Part shown: piece after piece, positions 1-7,184 of the stretch
Layout: the number at the start of each line of letters is the position of its first letter
How positions within the stretch are numbered: position 1 is the stretch's first letter
DNA from: a virus
Lineage: Duplodnaviria; Caudoviricetes
Virus record (IMG/VR): IMGVR_UViG_3300037722_000337
Span: 1-24,476 of that record
Strand: one strand, 5' to 3'
DNA length: 24,476 nucleotides
Program-made: the position numbers and the translations under genes
The notes under the pieces: model-generated
What the model was told of the DNA's origin: nothing
The model's database searches: none
Seen by the model: only the letters and a program-made list of their open reading frames with translations

Positions 1-637
1 AGAACGGCAGCCAGTGAGCGCCTTCGTTTTCGCATACGATAACTTGGCCGACTCTCGACTTGCACCAGCTCGATAAATCCGAGAACTCGATATTTTTTGA
101 CGGGTGCCTATAGGACTCCCCTGCGGGAACATAAGGTGGGTCAATAAACCAAGTTGCCGAGATATCAGGGGAGGATGAGAAATCACCCTCAACTACGGAC
201 CAGTGCGAAATAGAGTCTACTTGGCTCGCGACACGGCTACGGATTTCTTTTCCCCAAAAAGATTTCGGCCGCAGCCCTTCCCGCATCCATGCGCTTGGTC
301 GCTTACAGGGAGCAGAAGTTCCTTTGTTTAGCCAAAAACCGATAAGATGTTTCGCGGGGTCGCATATGTCTAAGTCGTCAACTGTTTGATCCCCGGAAAT
401 TAAGGGTAATGATTCAATTTCGTTTTTGCTGGTGCCAATTAAGTATTTCCAGACGCCAGCTACGATCGGGTCTTTCTCCACTAAAATAATTTGTCTTTCA
501 AAGTGCCTAACAGAATACCCTGCGGCTCCCGCAAACGGCTCAATTACAATTTGGAATACCGGCTTGGGGTACTTTGGAGCTGCGCGCCACTTCCCGCCGA
601 AATACGTAAAGAACGGCATCATCACGCGCTCAGTCAT
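1..637 (-). CDS. DNA adenine methyltransferase, Dam/D12-like (3' end runs off the window)
   Basis: Not in ORF track; hand translation from ATG 637 gives MTERVMMPFFTYFGGKWRAAPKYP...IEPFAGAAGYS...ILVEKD...WFIDPPY. It has the YxGGK, EPFxG SAM-binding and DPPY catalytic motifs in alpha-class order. The start overlaps the upstream stop (TGATG). AT-richer than the core genes. Confidence 0.85.
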   Translation of the reverse strand, partial: MTERVMMPFFTYFGGKWRAAPKYPKPVFQIVIEPFAGAAGYSVRHFERQIILVEKDPIVAGVWKYLIGTSKNEIESLPLISGDQTVDDLDICDPAKHLIGFWLNKGTSAPCKRPSAWMREGLRPKSFWGKEIRSRVASQVDSISHWSVVEGDFSSSPDISATWFIDPPYVPAGESYRHPSKNIEFSDLSSWCKSRVGQVIVCENEGAHWLPF

Positions 638-735
638 CAGCGGCGCTCCCTGTATACGATGACCGCCATCACGAGCGCGCAAGCGCCGCCGACGCCAATC
701 ATTAGGCAGAAGAAATCGAGAAAGCTGAGGGTCAT
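637..735 (-). CDS. 32-aa single-pass membrane peptide
   Basis: Hand translation MTLSFLDFFCLMIGVGGACALVMAVIVYRERR: hydrophobic helix with a basic C-terminus, upstream GGAG, TGATG coupling to the methylase. Confidence 0.55.
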   Translation of the reverse strand: MTLSFLDFFCLMIGVGGACALVMAVIVYRERR

Positions 736-739
736 TGGC

Positions 740-838
740 TCACCACTCCGAGAAATCCGGCGGGTGCTTTTTGAGATACCAAGCGAGCGCGAGAACGCAT
801 GCGACGCCAATAACGAAACCGCTCAGAAACTCAATCAT
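740..838 (-). CDS. 32-aa single-pass membrane peptide
   Basis: MIEFLSGFVIGVACVLALAWYLKKHPPDFSEW. ATG 838 overlaps the upstream stop (ATGA); the track start at 928 is unlikely. Confidence 0.6.
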   Translation of the reverse strand: MIEFLSGFVIGVACVLALAWYLKKHPPDFSEW

Positions 839-1032
839 CCGTTCATTCCTCGCTGATTGATAAGGCCCTTCGCCACCTTGGCCGGGTCGTTTTCGACGTA
901 CCATTCCGCCGCGTGGCCGTAGCTGCAAAAGCCAAACTCGTTACTCCCGTGACGGCCAGCTCGACGCTTCTTGCAGTGAGCGCACGTCGGCTGGCGCAAC
1001 TTCGGTTTCGGGAGATGGAGAACAATCGCCAT
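835..1032 (-). CDS. Small basic protein, possibly Zn-binding
   Basis: CAHC...FCSYGH pattern; its stop is coupled to the next gene; overlaps the 3' end of the resolvase ORF by about 90 nt. Confidence 0.55.
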   Translation of the reverse strand: MAIVLHLPKPKLRQPTCAHCKKRRAGRHGSNEFGFCSYGHAAEWYVENDPAKVAKGLINQRGMNG

Positions 1033-1357
1033 TCTGGAAATTCCTGCTGATGAGTCGGAGAAAGTCTTCGAGCTTGAGCGTCGCGAGCCATAGCCCGCGG
1101 TCGCAGCGGTGGAACACCACGGGCTTGTCGCCGATGTTCTTGTCCTCGTGCGCTTGGTCGAGAGCGTCTTGAAGGTTGCACTGCCGCGCCGTACGCTTCA
1201 CTTCGATATGCCACCCGAAAGCGTCGTGGACGACATCCGGCGAGTCAGGGCTGCCGCTGAACTGCTGCCCGCGCCGCGCAGCGAAGCCGTACGTGCGCAT
1301 GAAGTGCGCAACCTCCAGCTCGCCCTTCTTACCTTTGCGGTTGCTGTGGGCGCCCAT
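941..1357 (-). CDS. Holliday junction resolvase, Hjc-like PD-(D/E)xK nuclease
   Basis: KGKKGELEVA...RRGQQFSG...PDVV...IEVKR, the typical phage Hjc-type motif set; lies downstream of the DNA polymerase. Confidence 0.85.
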   Translation of the reverse strand: MGAHSNRKGKKGELEVAHFMRTYGFAARRGQQFSGSPDSPDVVHDAFGWHIEVKRTARQCNLQDALDQAHEDKNIGDKPVVFHRCDRGLWLATLKLEDFLRLISRNFQNGDCSPSPETEVAPADVRSLQEASSWPSRE

Positions 1358-1557
1358 TATTCGTCCAAGTTACTGGTGGCCCAATCCGACAGATTGCAAG
1401 CCATCTCGTCTGCTGAAATCCTGCGCGTGCCGTACACTTCCCCGTCGTCTGTCATGGGCTGTGTCCAGTGCGAAAACCACTCAGCGACTTCCATCATCTC
1501 GTCGTACGTCAGTTTCTGGACTTGCTGTGCGAGGTTTCGGATAGCTGGTGTGCTCAT
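1357..1557 (-). CDS. Hypothetical phage protein
   Basis: 66 aa; coupled to genes on both sides (ATGA and TAATG overlaps). Confidence 0.7.
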   Translation of the reverse strand: MSTPAIRNLAQQVQKLTYDEMMEVAEWFSHWTQPMTDDGEVYGTRRISADEMACNLSDWATSNLDE

Positions 1558-1745
1558 TTCCGTTTCGTCCTCTTGGTGGCGCGGGGCTTGCGCACGCGCT
1601 CGGGCTTGAGCCAGGCTTTCTCTGGCGGATGAAACCCCATGTTGACCCTCAGACCACGAGGCGGGCGCTTCTTGTCGTTGCTCAAGTTGTAGATCGAGCC
1701 GAGCTGTCCTAGACCTGCATCGTCGTCGTCGTAGTCGTCGCTCAT
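1554..1745 (-). CDS. Hypothetical protein with acidic N-terminus and basic C-terminus
   Basis: Start at ATG 1745 (MSDDYDDDD...) with upstream GAGGG; first gene after the promoter at 1866-1837. Confidence 0.65.
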   Translation of the reverse strand: MSDDYDDDDAGLGQLGSIYNLSNDKKRPPRGLRVNMGFHPPEKAWLKPERVRKPRATKRTKRK

Positions 1746-1836
1746 TGGCCCTCGGTGACCCCTAGAAAAGGGGGCCAGCCGAAGCCGGCCCGAGTGAGAC
1801 AGGAAGGTATCAATCGCCAATCCAAGGCGACGACCT

Positions 1837-1866
1837 GTTATACCGCGTATAATACACGTCGGTCAA
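1837..1866 (-). promoter_or_regulatory. Sigma70-type promoter with 17-bp quasi-palindrome overlapping the -10
   Basis: TTGACC-N18-TATAAC on the minus strand, directly after the polymerase terminator; contains GTTATACCGCGTATAAT (1837-1853). Confidence 0.7.
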
Positions 1867-1879
1867 GCATATAAGGCAT

Positions 1880-1902
1880 AAAAAAGCCCGCAGAAGCGGG
1901 CT
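1880..1902 (-). terminator. Rho-independent terminator after DNA polymerase
   Basis: Minus strand AGCCCGC-TTCT-GCGGGCT followed by a T run, about 25 nt after the polymerase stop. Confidence 0.85.
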
Positions 1903-1925
1903 CACAGGCGAATTTTTCGCTTGAC

Positions 1926-4016
1926 TTATTTTTTGTATCGAGAGCCTTCCCAGGCTTCCATGCGGATTGGCCACCAGCTCGGCCACCAGCGCTTCGGCGG
2001 GTCAACTAGAATCGTTCTAAACTCATCGATAGACCTGAAATCGGACGGTACCTCTGCCATGATTTCGTCGTAGATAGAGAGCGTAATGCAGCTCTCGTCT
2101 TCTTCGAGATAGCCTTGCTGAAAGAGCGTCGGCGACCACGCCTCATCGAGCGCCTGCATGCTGCACACGAGGATTTCCCGGCTGGTGGCCTGCACAGCGT
2201 TCTCCGTCACCTTGCCGCCGTAAGTGCTGACACGGCGCCACTGCTTGTTTTTCCAAGCCATGTAAGTGAGCGCCGGCCTGGGGCGGCAGTCGCACGTGCC
2301 GGCGGCGCATTCTTCGTTTTCCTCGGTTTTGTGCCAGTGCGGCATCTGCTGCCTGATCTGGGGATCGAAGTACCAGATGCGCTTGCCGTTCGGCAGGATC
2401 ATGGACAGCCATTCGTCCACGACTTGAAAACCGATCTCGCCGTAGCCAGTCTCTCGCCCGCGATAGAGCACGGCTTCGAGCGCCGCTGACTCCATCTCGC
2501 GCCAGAACTGCACGATCGCCGGGTGCTCGGCACGCCAGCCGCGGCAAATCTCGATGATCTTTTCGTCGCTGTGCCGGCCGCTGCTGTCGAACTTGAGCCA
2601 GGCGTTGAGCGCGCCCTGATAGCCGAACGCCAGCTCTCCCATCTTACCGTCCTGGCGCTCGCTCGGGTACAGCTTCTTGAACGCCTCCTTGTCGCGCTCG
2701 GCCAGCTCGAATGCGTCCGGCGGCAGCTTGTGAATCTTCGCGCCCATCGTTTCGTAAATGGGCTTGCCTTGCTGGAACGCCTCTACTTTCCACGTCTCCC
2801 CGGCGAGGCAGGCAAGAACTACCGCCTCGATCGACGCGAAGTCGCCCGCCATAATTCGGCTGCCGTCTTGGGCTTGTATCCAGTGCCGGCTTGCGTTGGC
2901 AACAGCGGAAGTAGCGTCTCCATAAACGGCATCGAGCCACTTGGGATTACGGTAGCTAATGTCGCGAACGAGCTGAGCAGGATCGACATCCTCGAATCCT
3001 TTCTTGAGGTTGAGCGGTTGAAAGCCCGTGCCGGTCCACCGGCCGGTGAGCGCGCCGTGGTAGCGGCTCTGGAACTTGGCCCTGCCGTCGCTCGCGCGCT
3101 GGCGCGACATGGCGTCAAGCTTCTTCGTGCTGGCCTTGGCCACACCCCGGCGCAGTTCCAGTGCGCGGCGTGCCGGCCCTTGCGGGAGATCGCCTTCCTC
3201 CAGCAATTCCTCGATCGTGTCGGCTTGCAGGTTCTCGATCTCGACGCCCTGCTGCTGTAGCCACGGGACGATCTTCGCAACCTGCGTCGGATTAAGATTG
3301 GTGATCTCGCGGAACTGCGCCGAGTACTCAGCCTCGCGCTGGTCCACGACCGCAATCGCGTGATCGATGCCGGTTTGATCGAGGTACAGCCCGCGCTTGT
3401 TGATGCGCTGGTCCAGCAGGAAGATAGGCAGCTCGCGCTCCGGCAGATCGCCGAGGAAGTCGCTGACGCTTTGCTCGATCCGTACGTCCTGCTTGCAGTA
3501 TGCGAGAAACTTCTCGAAATCTGCTTCCGGTATCTGACGCTGCGCGGTCTTGAGGTAGAGCTTGGAATAGCGAGTAATCAGACGCGAGCCCTCGCTGTCC
3601 TTGGACTCGAAGCCGAGCGAGCGCGCCAGCTTGTCGAGCGCGCCGGGCATGGAGTAGTAACAAGCGACCGCCATTGTGTCACGCCAAGCGTGCTCGTATG
3701 GCAGCAGCCAGCCGTACTTCTTGGCCAGCACGTTCGTCCAGATCGATTTCTCGAATGCAACGTTGTGGGCCTCGACCGTGTGCCCGGTCATCATCGCCAT
3801 GTAGAGCGACTTCGGCATACCGTGCGCCATCGGTACGTCAGTTTCCGGGCGCCCGCGTCCGTCAGCGTTGGCGGGCCACCAAGTCTCTATCGGCTTGTCG
3901 TCTATACCCCAGCAGACGCAAATCAAGTCCGTAGACGGGTGCTCTGAATAGCTCCATGTCCCGCACTTCTGCAAGTCGGCTTCCGAACGAGTCTCGAAGT
4001 CGATTGTGACGGTCAC
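1926..4016 (-). CDS. polA: DNA polymerase family A (APSE/SPO2-like) with 3'-5' exonuclease
   Basis: ExoI IDFETRS, ExoII AHNVAFE, ExoIII YCKQDV; TGRWTG; motif A GDFASIE; motif B RQDGKMGELAFGY; ENAVQA; motif C SIYDEI. Confidence 0.97.
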   Translation of the reverse strand: MTVTIDFETRSEADLQKCGTWSYSEHPSTDLICVCWGIDDKPIETWWPANADGRGRPETDVPMAHGMPKSLYMAMMTGHTVEAHNVAFEKSIWTNVLAKKYGWLLPYEHAWRDTMAVACYYSMPGALDKLARSLGFESKDSEGSRLITRYSKLYLKTAQRQIPEADFEKFLAYCKQDVRIEQSVSDFLGDLPERELPIFLLDQRINKRGLYLDQTGIDHAIAVVDQREAEYSAQFREITNLNPTQVAKIVPWLQQQGVEIENLQADTIEELLEEGDLPQGPARRALELRRGVAKASTKKLDAMSRQRASDGRAKFQSRYHGALTGRWTGTGFQPLNLKKGFEDVDPAQLVRDISYRNPKWLDAVYGDATSAVANASRHWIQAQDGSRIMAGDFASIEAVVLACLAGETWKVEAFQQGKPIYETMGAKIHKLPPDAFELAERDKEAFKKLYPSERQDGKMGELAFGYQGALNAWLKFDSSGRHSDEKIIEICRGWRAEHPAIVQFWREMESAALEAVLYRGRETGYGEIGFQVVDEWLSMILPNGKRIWYFDPQIRQQMPHWHKTEENEECAAGTCDCRPRPALTYMAWKNKQWRRVSTYGGKVTENAVQATSREILVCSMQALDEAWSPTLFQQGYLEEDESCITLSIYDEIMAEVPSDFRSIDEFRTILVDPPKRWWPSWWPIRMEAWEGSRYKK

Positions 4017-4020
4017 GATG

Positions 4021-4302
4021 CTAGTCGAAACACGACAGCGCTATGTCGAGCGCGGCGTCTAAATCGTAATGCCAAATATCATAGCTGCTGATTGGTGTAT
4101 GCGGATAAAATTGCAGCTCAATGATCGTATTGGTTTCGATCATTCGTTGCCGCACTGCGCTATCAATTTCCGGCGGGCATTCGTAATGCTGCGCTTCTTC
4201 AAGCGCTTCAATAGCGCTTTTGTAAATATTGCGATGGTCATTTATCCTTAGATAAACGCTGCATTCGCATTTACTCATAAGGGTCTTTAGCTTGTCGCTC
4301 AT
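4021..4302 (-). CDS. Hypothetical phage protein
   Basis: 93 aa, AT-richer; GGAGG RBS and ATGA coupling; contains LQFYPHTP. Confidence 0.75.
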   Translation of the reverse strand: MSDKLKTLMSKCECSVYLRINDHRNIYKSAIEALEEAQHYECPPEIDSAVRQRMIETNTIIELQFYPHTPISSYDIWHYDLDAALDIALSCFD

Positions 4303-4592
4303 GCTGCCTCCGCTTTCTTGAAGTATAAAGTGCCAAAATCTTTGCGTCGCTCATACGCTTTCATCGCCAGCTCTCGCCGCGTGATCTCGACGGCGCCCGC
4401 TTGAACCGCCAACGCGCGTCGGCCTTTAGAGATGTCAAAATGTTCTCTGTGGTGGCCGGGATATTGCAGCCACTTCCGCTGCACGCCGATACGGTCTGCC
4501 ATCTCCATCAGTTCTTCGTGCGTGTCAGCGATCATGTGGTACATAATCATCCGACCGTACTTGGCGGCCATGTCATCGACGTAGACAGTCAC
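4299..4592 (-). CDS. DUF4031 family protein
   Basis: MTVYVDD...HMIADTHEELMEMADRIG...WLQ...HFDI...RALAVQAGA matches my recollection of the DUF4031 signature. Confidence 0.85.
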   Translation of the reverse strand: MTVYVDDMAAKYGRMIMYHMIADTHEELMEMADRIGVQRKWLQYPGHHREHFDISKGRRALAVQAGAVEITRRELAMKAYERRKDFGTLYFKKAEAA

Positions 4593-4780
4593 GCCGCCCT
4601 CGCTATCTTTCGATTGTAGTGGCGCACACTCATTTTCAGGAACGCCAGCCTCAGCAAAACAAACTCCATTAACTCTGGAATTGTCGCAGTTTCCGGTGTC
4701 ACACGGACTGGTGGATTGCTCCAGTCGATTTGCCCCGGAGGATAAGTCGTTCCTGGCATATACCGTGTGATGTAGCTCAT
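4589..4780 (-). CDS. Hypothetical protein
   Basis: 63 aa; coupled by ATGA and GTGA overlaps on both sides. Confidence 0.7.
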   Translation of the reverse strand: MSYITRYMPGTTYPPGQIDWSNPPVRVTPETATIPELMEFVLLRLAFLKMSVRHYNRKIARAA

Positions 4781-4995
4781 GCTGCCCTCGCTACATCCGC
4801 CGTCGTCATAGGCTTCTGCCGTAGGGCATTCCGACGCGCCCCGCGGTACGAACCCGCCGGCCGAGGGCTCGCGGGCTTACCTGTCGTCTTGTCGATCTCC
4901 GGTATCCAATGGCCGAGCGCGCGCTGCAACGACCAATGGCGTTTCGCTTTCTGGCTGGCGTTCAGATGCCGCGTGAATGAGCTGCGTCGAGTCAT
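4777..4995 (-). CDS. Small basic hypothetical protein
   Basis: 72 aa, Arg-rich; GGAGG RBS; coupled on both sides. Confidence 0.65.
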   Translation of the reverse strand: MTRRSSFTRHLNASQKAKRHWSLQRALGHWIPEIDKTTGKPASPRPAGSYRGARRNALRQKPMTTADVARAA

Positions 4996-5522
4996 GCTGC
5001 CTCCGCTGTGAACTTGTCCGTCTCGTTACCCCAAGTGTCCCAGCCCGGCCACTGCTGCCGCGCAAAAAGCTCTATGTAGGGGCCGTTGACCAAGCGCTCG
5101 ATGCGCTCGTATTGCTCGTCCGGCTTGCGAGAGTGCTCGCGCCGCGGCGCTTCGATGATCTGGCGCACGCCCTTGTCTAGCCGCGGCGGCTTGCCCTTGG
5201 TGGCCAGCAAACAGATTTCAGCCTGCTTGCGCGTCCAGTAGCCCATCCCGATCGATGGCTTTTTCCAGATGAAAGCGATCGTCTTGAACTTGAAGCCCCA
5301 GCGATAGATCAGGTCCAGCGAGTCCTCCAGATGCGAATCCACGACCCACAAGAACAGCGCACAATCCTTGGCCGCGAGCGCCGGCACCGGAAGAACCTCA
5401 AGCTGCGCATACGTCATCGTCGGGTACGGATCAACGCCTGTCCGGCCAGGCACCGCCGTTGCGCCCGAGAACGTGCGGAAATGCCACGGCGGATCGAGCA
5501 AGAGGGCACCGTACTTCTTCAT
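4992..5522 (-). CDS. MT-A70 family N6-adenine methyltransferase
   Basis: From ATG 5522: LLDPPW, YPTM, DCALFLWV, WGFKFKT...W, GMGYWTR..AE, REHSRKPD, IELFAR...GWDTWGNE. Confidence 0.93.
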   Translation of the reverse strand: MKKYGALLLDPPWHFRTFSGATAVPGRTGVDPYPTMTYAQLEVLPVPALAAKDCALFLWVVDSHLEDSLDLIYRWGFKFKTIAFIWKKPSIGMGYWTRKQAEICLLATKGKPPRLDKGVRQIIEAPRREHSRKPDEQYERIERLVNGPYIELFARQQWPGWDTWGNETDKFTAEAA

Positions 5523-5524
5523 GC

Positions 5525-5710
5525 CTACAGCCGAATGTACCGAGTGAATACGCAAGCCGGCGCCCTACCGTTCAGGAAATCCAGCTCATCGTCGGAAACA
5601 TCTTGTTTCCCGCTGAGCGTAACTTCTTCGAGAGTGACGGAATCTTTTAGGATAACTTCAAAAGTTCCGTCTTTGTACGTGCAGACACTAATGGAAAGTT
5701 CTTTGCTCAT
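5525..5710 (-). CDS. Hypothetical protein
   Basis: 61 aa; GGGAG upstream; fills the operon gap. Confidence 0.6.
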   Translation of the reverse strand: MSKELSISVCTYKDGTFEVILKDSVTLEEVTLSGKQDVSDDELDFLNGRAPACVFTRYIRL

Positions 5711-5808
5711 GCTACCCCACTCCCTGAAAGCGCCAGCACCATCAGCGCATACCGCGCGGCGAGGTACTGCGCCAGCGCAATCGCCGCCGTGACAACCGCC
5801 CGCGCCAT
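5707..5808 (-). CDS. 33-aa hydrophobic peptide
   Basis: Hand translation MARAVVTAAIALAQYLAARYALMVLALSGSGVA; TGATG and ATGA coupling at the two ends. Confidence 0.5.
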   Translation of the reverse strand: MARAVVTAAIALAQYLAARYALMVLALSGSGVA

Positions 5809-6044
5809 CAATCGAAATCCCCGTACTCGTGCGGGCGCAATACCATCGCGCCCTGCAAAAACCCCGGCACCGCCGCTTCGAGCACTGCCTTGGCTTCCTC
5901 GCGAGCCTGCTCCAGATACGTCCGCTTGGTGGTTGTCAAGCGATTACCCTTGAGACTGATATTGGTCTCGACGCCCTCCGGCTCTTGCTTGCGCAGCTCC
6001 AGCAGGGCCACGGTGGCGGCTTCAAGTGCTTGCGCGGGGGTCAT
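5808..6044 (-). CDS. Hypothetical protein
   Basis: Start ATG 6044 overlaps the upstream stop (MTPAQALEAA...). Confidence 0.7.
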   Translation of the reverse strand: MTPAQALEAATVALLELRKQEPEGVETNISLKGNRLTTTKRTYLEQAREEAKAVLEAAVPGFLQGAMVLRPHEYGDFD

Positions 6045-6352
6045 CCCGGCTCGACTCCAGCGGGAACAATGCACGTGGCCTTAGCGATGGCTGCTTCCGC
6101 GCGACCAACCCACTTTGGCAACGGCGGGTTAAGCGGATGCCCGACAGCATCGTGGGTCCGCTTTGTTTCTGTAACTGCCGATTTCAGCGTTTCCAGCAAA
6201 TCTGGTGCGGCTTCAAACATCGGCAGCAACTCTTTTCGGTACACACTCGCAACTTGCTCAGTTTTGCAGCCGTCATCTGTATGAGTGCGCTGATATATCG
6301 CGCCACGCCACGAATACGTCGCTTTTGATCGGAGAGTTTTCAGCGTTTCCAC
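6041..6352 (-). CDS. Hypothetical phage protein with AAPDLL..L...AIAKA motif
   Basis: AGGAGG 8 nt before a GTG start; the EAAPDLLETLK...AAIAKA C-terminal motif is common in phage accessory proteins. Confidence 0.75.
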   Translation of the reverse strand: METLKTLRSKATYSWRGAIYQRTHTDDGCKTEQVASVYRKELLPMFEAAPDLLETLKSAVTETKRTHDAVGHPLNPPLPKWVGRAEAAIAKATCIVPAGVEPG

Positions 6353-6370
6353 GACATTTTCCTCCTATAA

Positions 6371-6527
6371 GTGCCGGTCTCTCCCGGCTGTCACGGTTGC
6401 TGGCTCTCCGGTCTACCGTTGACCAATCTCCGTACCAGCTTGGAGCTACGGTTCTCTGGGCTCGCCCTTACGGGTCTGTCGTCACCGTAGCCGTCCAGCA
6501 TCATCTAAGCCCACTGAACGGGACTTG
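6371..6527 (-). ncRNA. Candidate structured RNA in the intergenic region downstream of SSB
   Basis: Nested helices TGCTGG/CCAGCA, GCTACGGT/ACCGTAGC, CCC-GTAA-GGG and GGTC/GACC, then GCCGG-GAGAGA-CCGGC just before the RBS. It lies in a 175-nt gap within an otherwise coupled operon. Confidence 0.45.
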
Positions 6528-7184
6528 TTACCCGGCCCGACGACGGCGCGTAACGGGTGCGCCTTCGGTGCGGCCGACCGGCTTGAACACCGTCGAGAGA
6601 TCGCGCGGGCTGACCAGCTTCTCGCCGTCCGCGGTCTTCTGGAAACCGCAGAGGTAGAACTTGAGAGCGCGCTTGCCGTCGTTCGTCAGGTACGTGGCGA
6701 TCGTGACCGCCGCCTGGCCGAAACAGCCGGAGTAGATGTCCTGGCGGTTCTGGATCGTGATCTCCTGCGCGTCAGGGCCGTAGACCGCGACGCCGCCGGG
6801 AGCCATCGATTGTCCGAACTTGTTGAACTGCGTGTTAGCACGGATCACGTCTTTACCCTTGTAGGCATCGCCGGCCTTGCCGTTAGCCTCGCGCTTGCGA
6901 GCCATGTCGTCGCCGCTCTTGATCGGAACGACGATCTGCCCGTTGTCGTACTCGGCATACGCGCTCTCGCTCCATTCGGCAGCCGCCGCGTCGGCGAGCT
7001 TGTTCTCGATGTCTTCGAGCGCGCCCGGATCGAACGCCAGCTCGGCCGTGTAGCCGGGCTCGACCGTCTTGCCGTTCCACTCGTACGTATCCAGCTCGAA
7101 CAGCGACTCGTTGATGAGACGCCCGACCGGAAGCAAGATGACTTCCGCGGGTTCCTTCTTCTGATTCTGCGCCATGTGGCTCAT
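6528..7184 (-). CDS. ssDNA-binding protein, DUF2815 / T7 gp2.5-like
   Basis: LPVGRL...LF, PIKSGD, AYKG..VIRA, IYSGCFG, FYLCGFQKTADGEKL; canonical position between DUF2800 and polA. Confidence 0.85.
   Translation of the reverse strand: MSHMAQNQKKEPAEVILLPVGRLINESLFELDTYEWNGKTVEPGYTAELAFDPGALEDIENKLADAAAAEWSESAYAEYDNGQIVVPIKSGDDMARKREANGKAGDAYKGKDVIRANTQFNKFGQSMAPGGVAVYGPDAQEITIQNRQDIYSGCFGQAAVTIATYLTNDGKRALKFYLCGFQKTADGEKLVSPRDLSTVFKPVGRTEGAPVTRRRRAG

Noticed and set aside
2115-3947. Long + strand and off-frame ORFs within polA (similarly within the helicase, exonuclease and SSB)
   Set aside because: Shadow ORFs expected from GC-rich third codon positions; no motifs or RBS.
3999-4592. Similar starts of DUF4031 (MTVYVD) and polA (MTVTID) as another duplicated N-terminus
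   Set aside because: Short match, and each start fits its own family's first beta-strand; probably coincidence.
6371-6527. tRNA or hammerhead ribozyme identity for the structured region
   Set aside because: No T-loop GTTCRA with cloverleaf spacing and no CUGAUGA...GAAA core; I saw no tRNA anywhere in the window.
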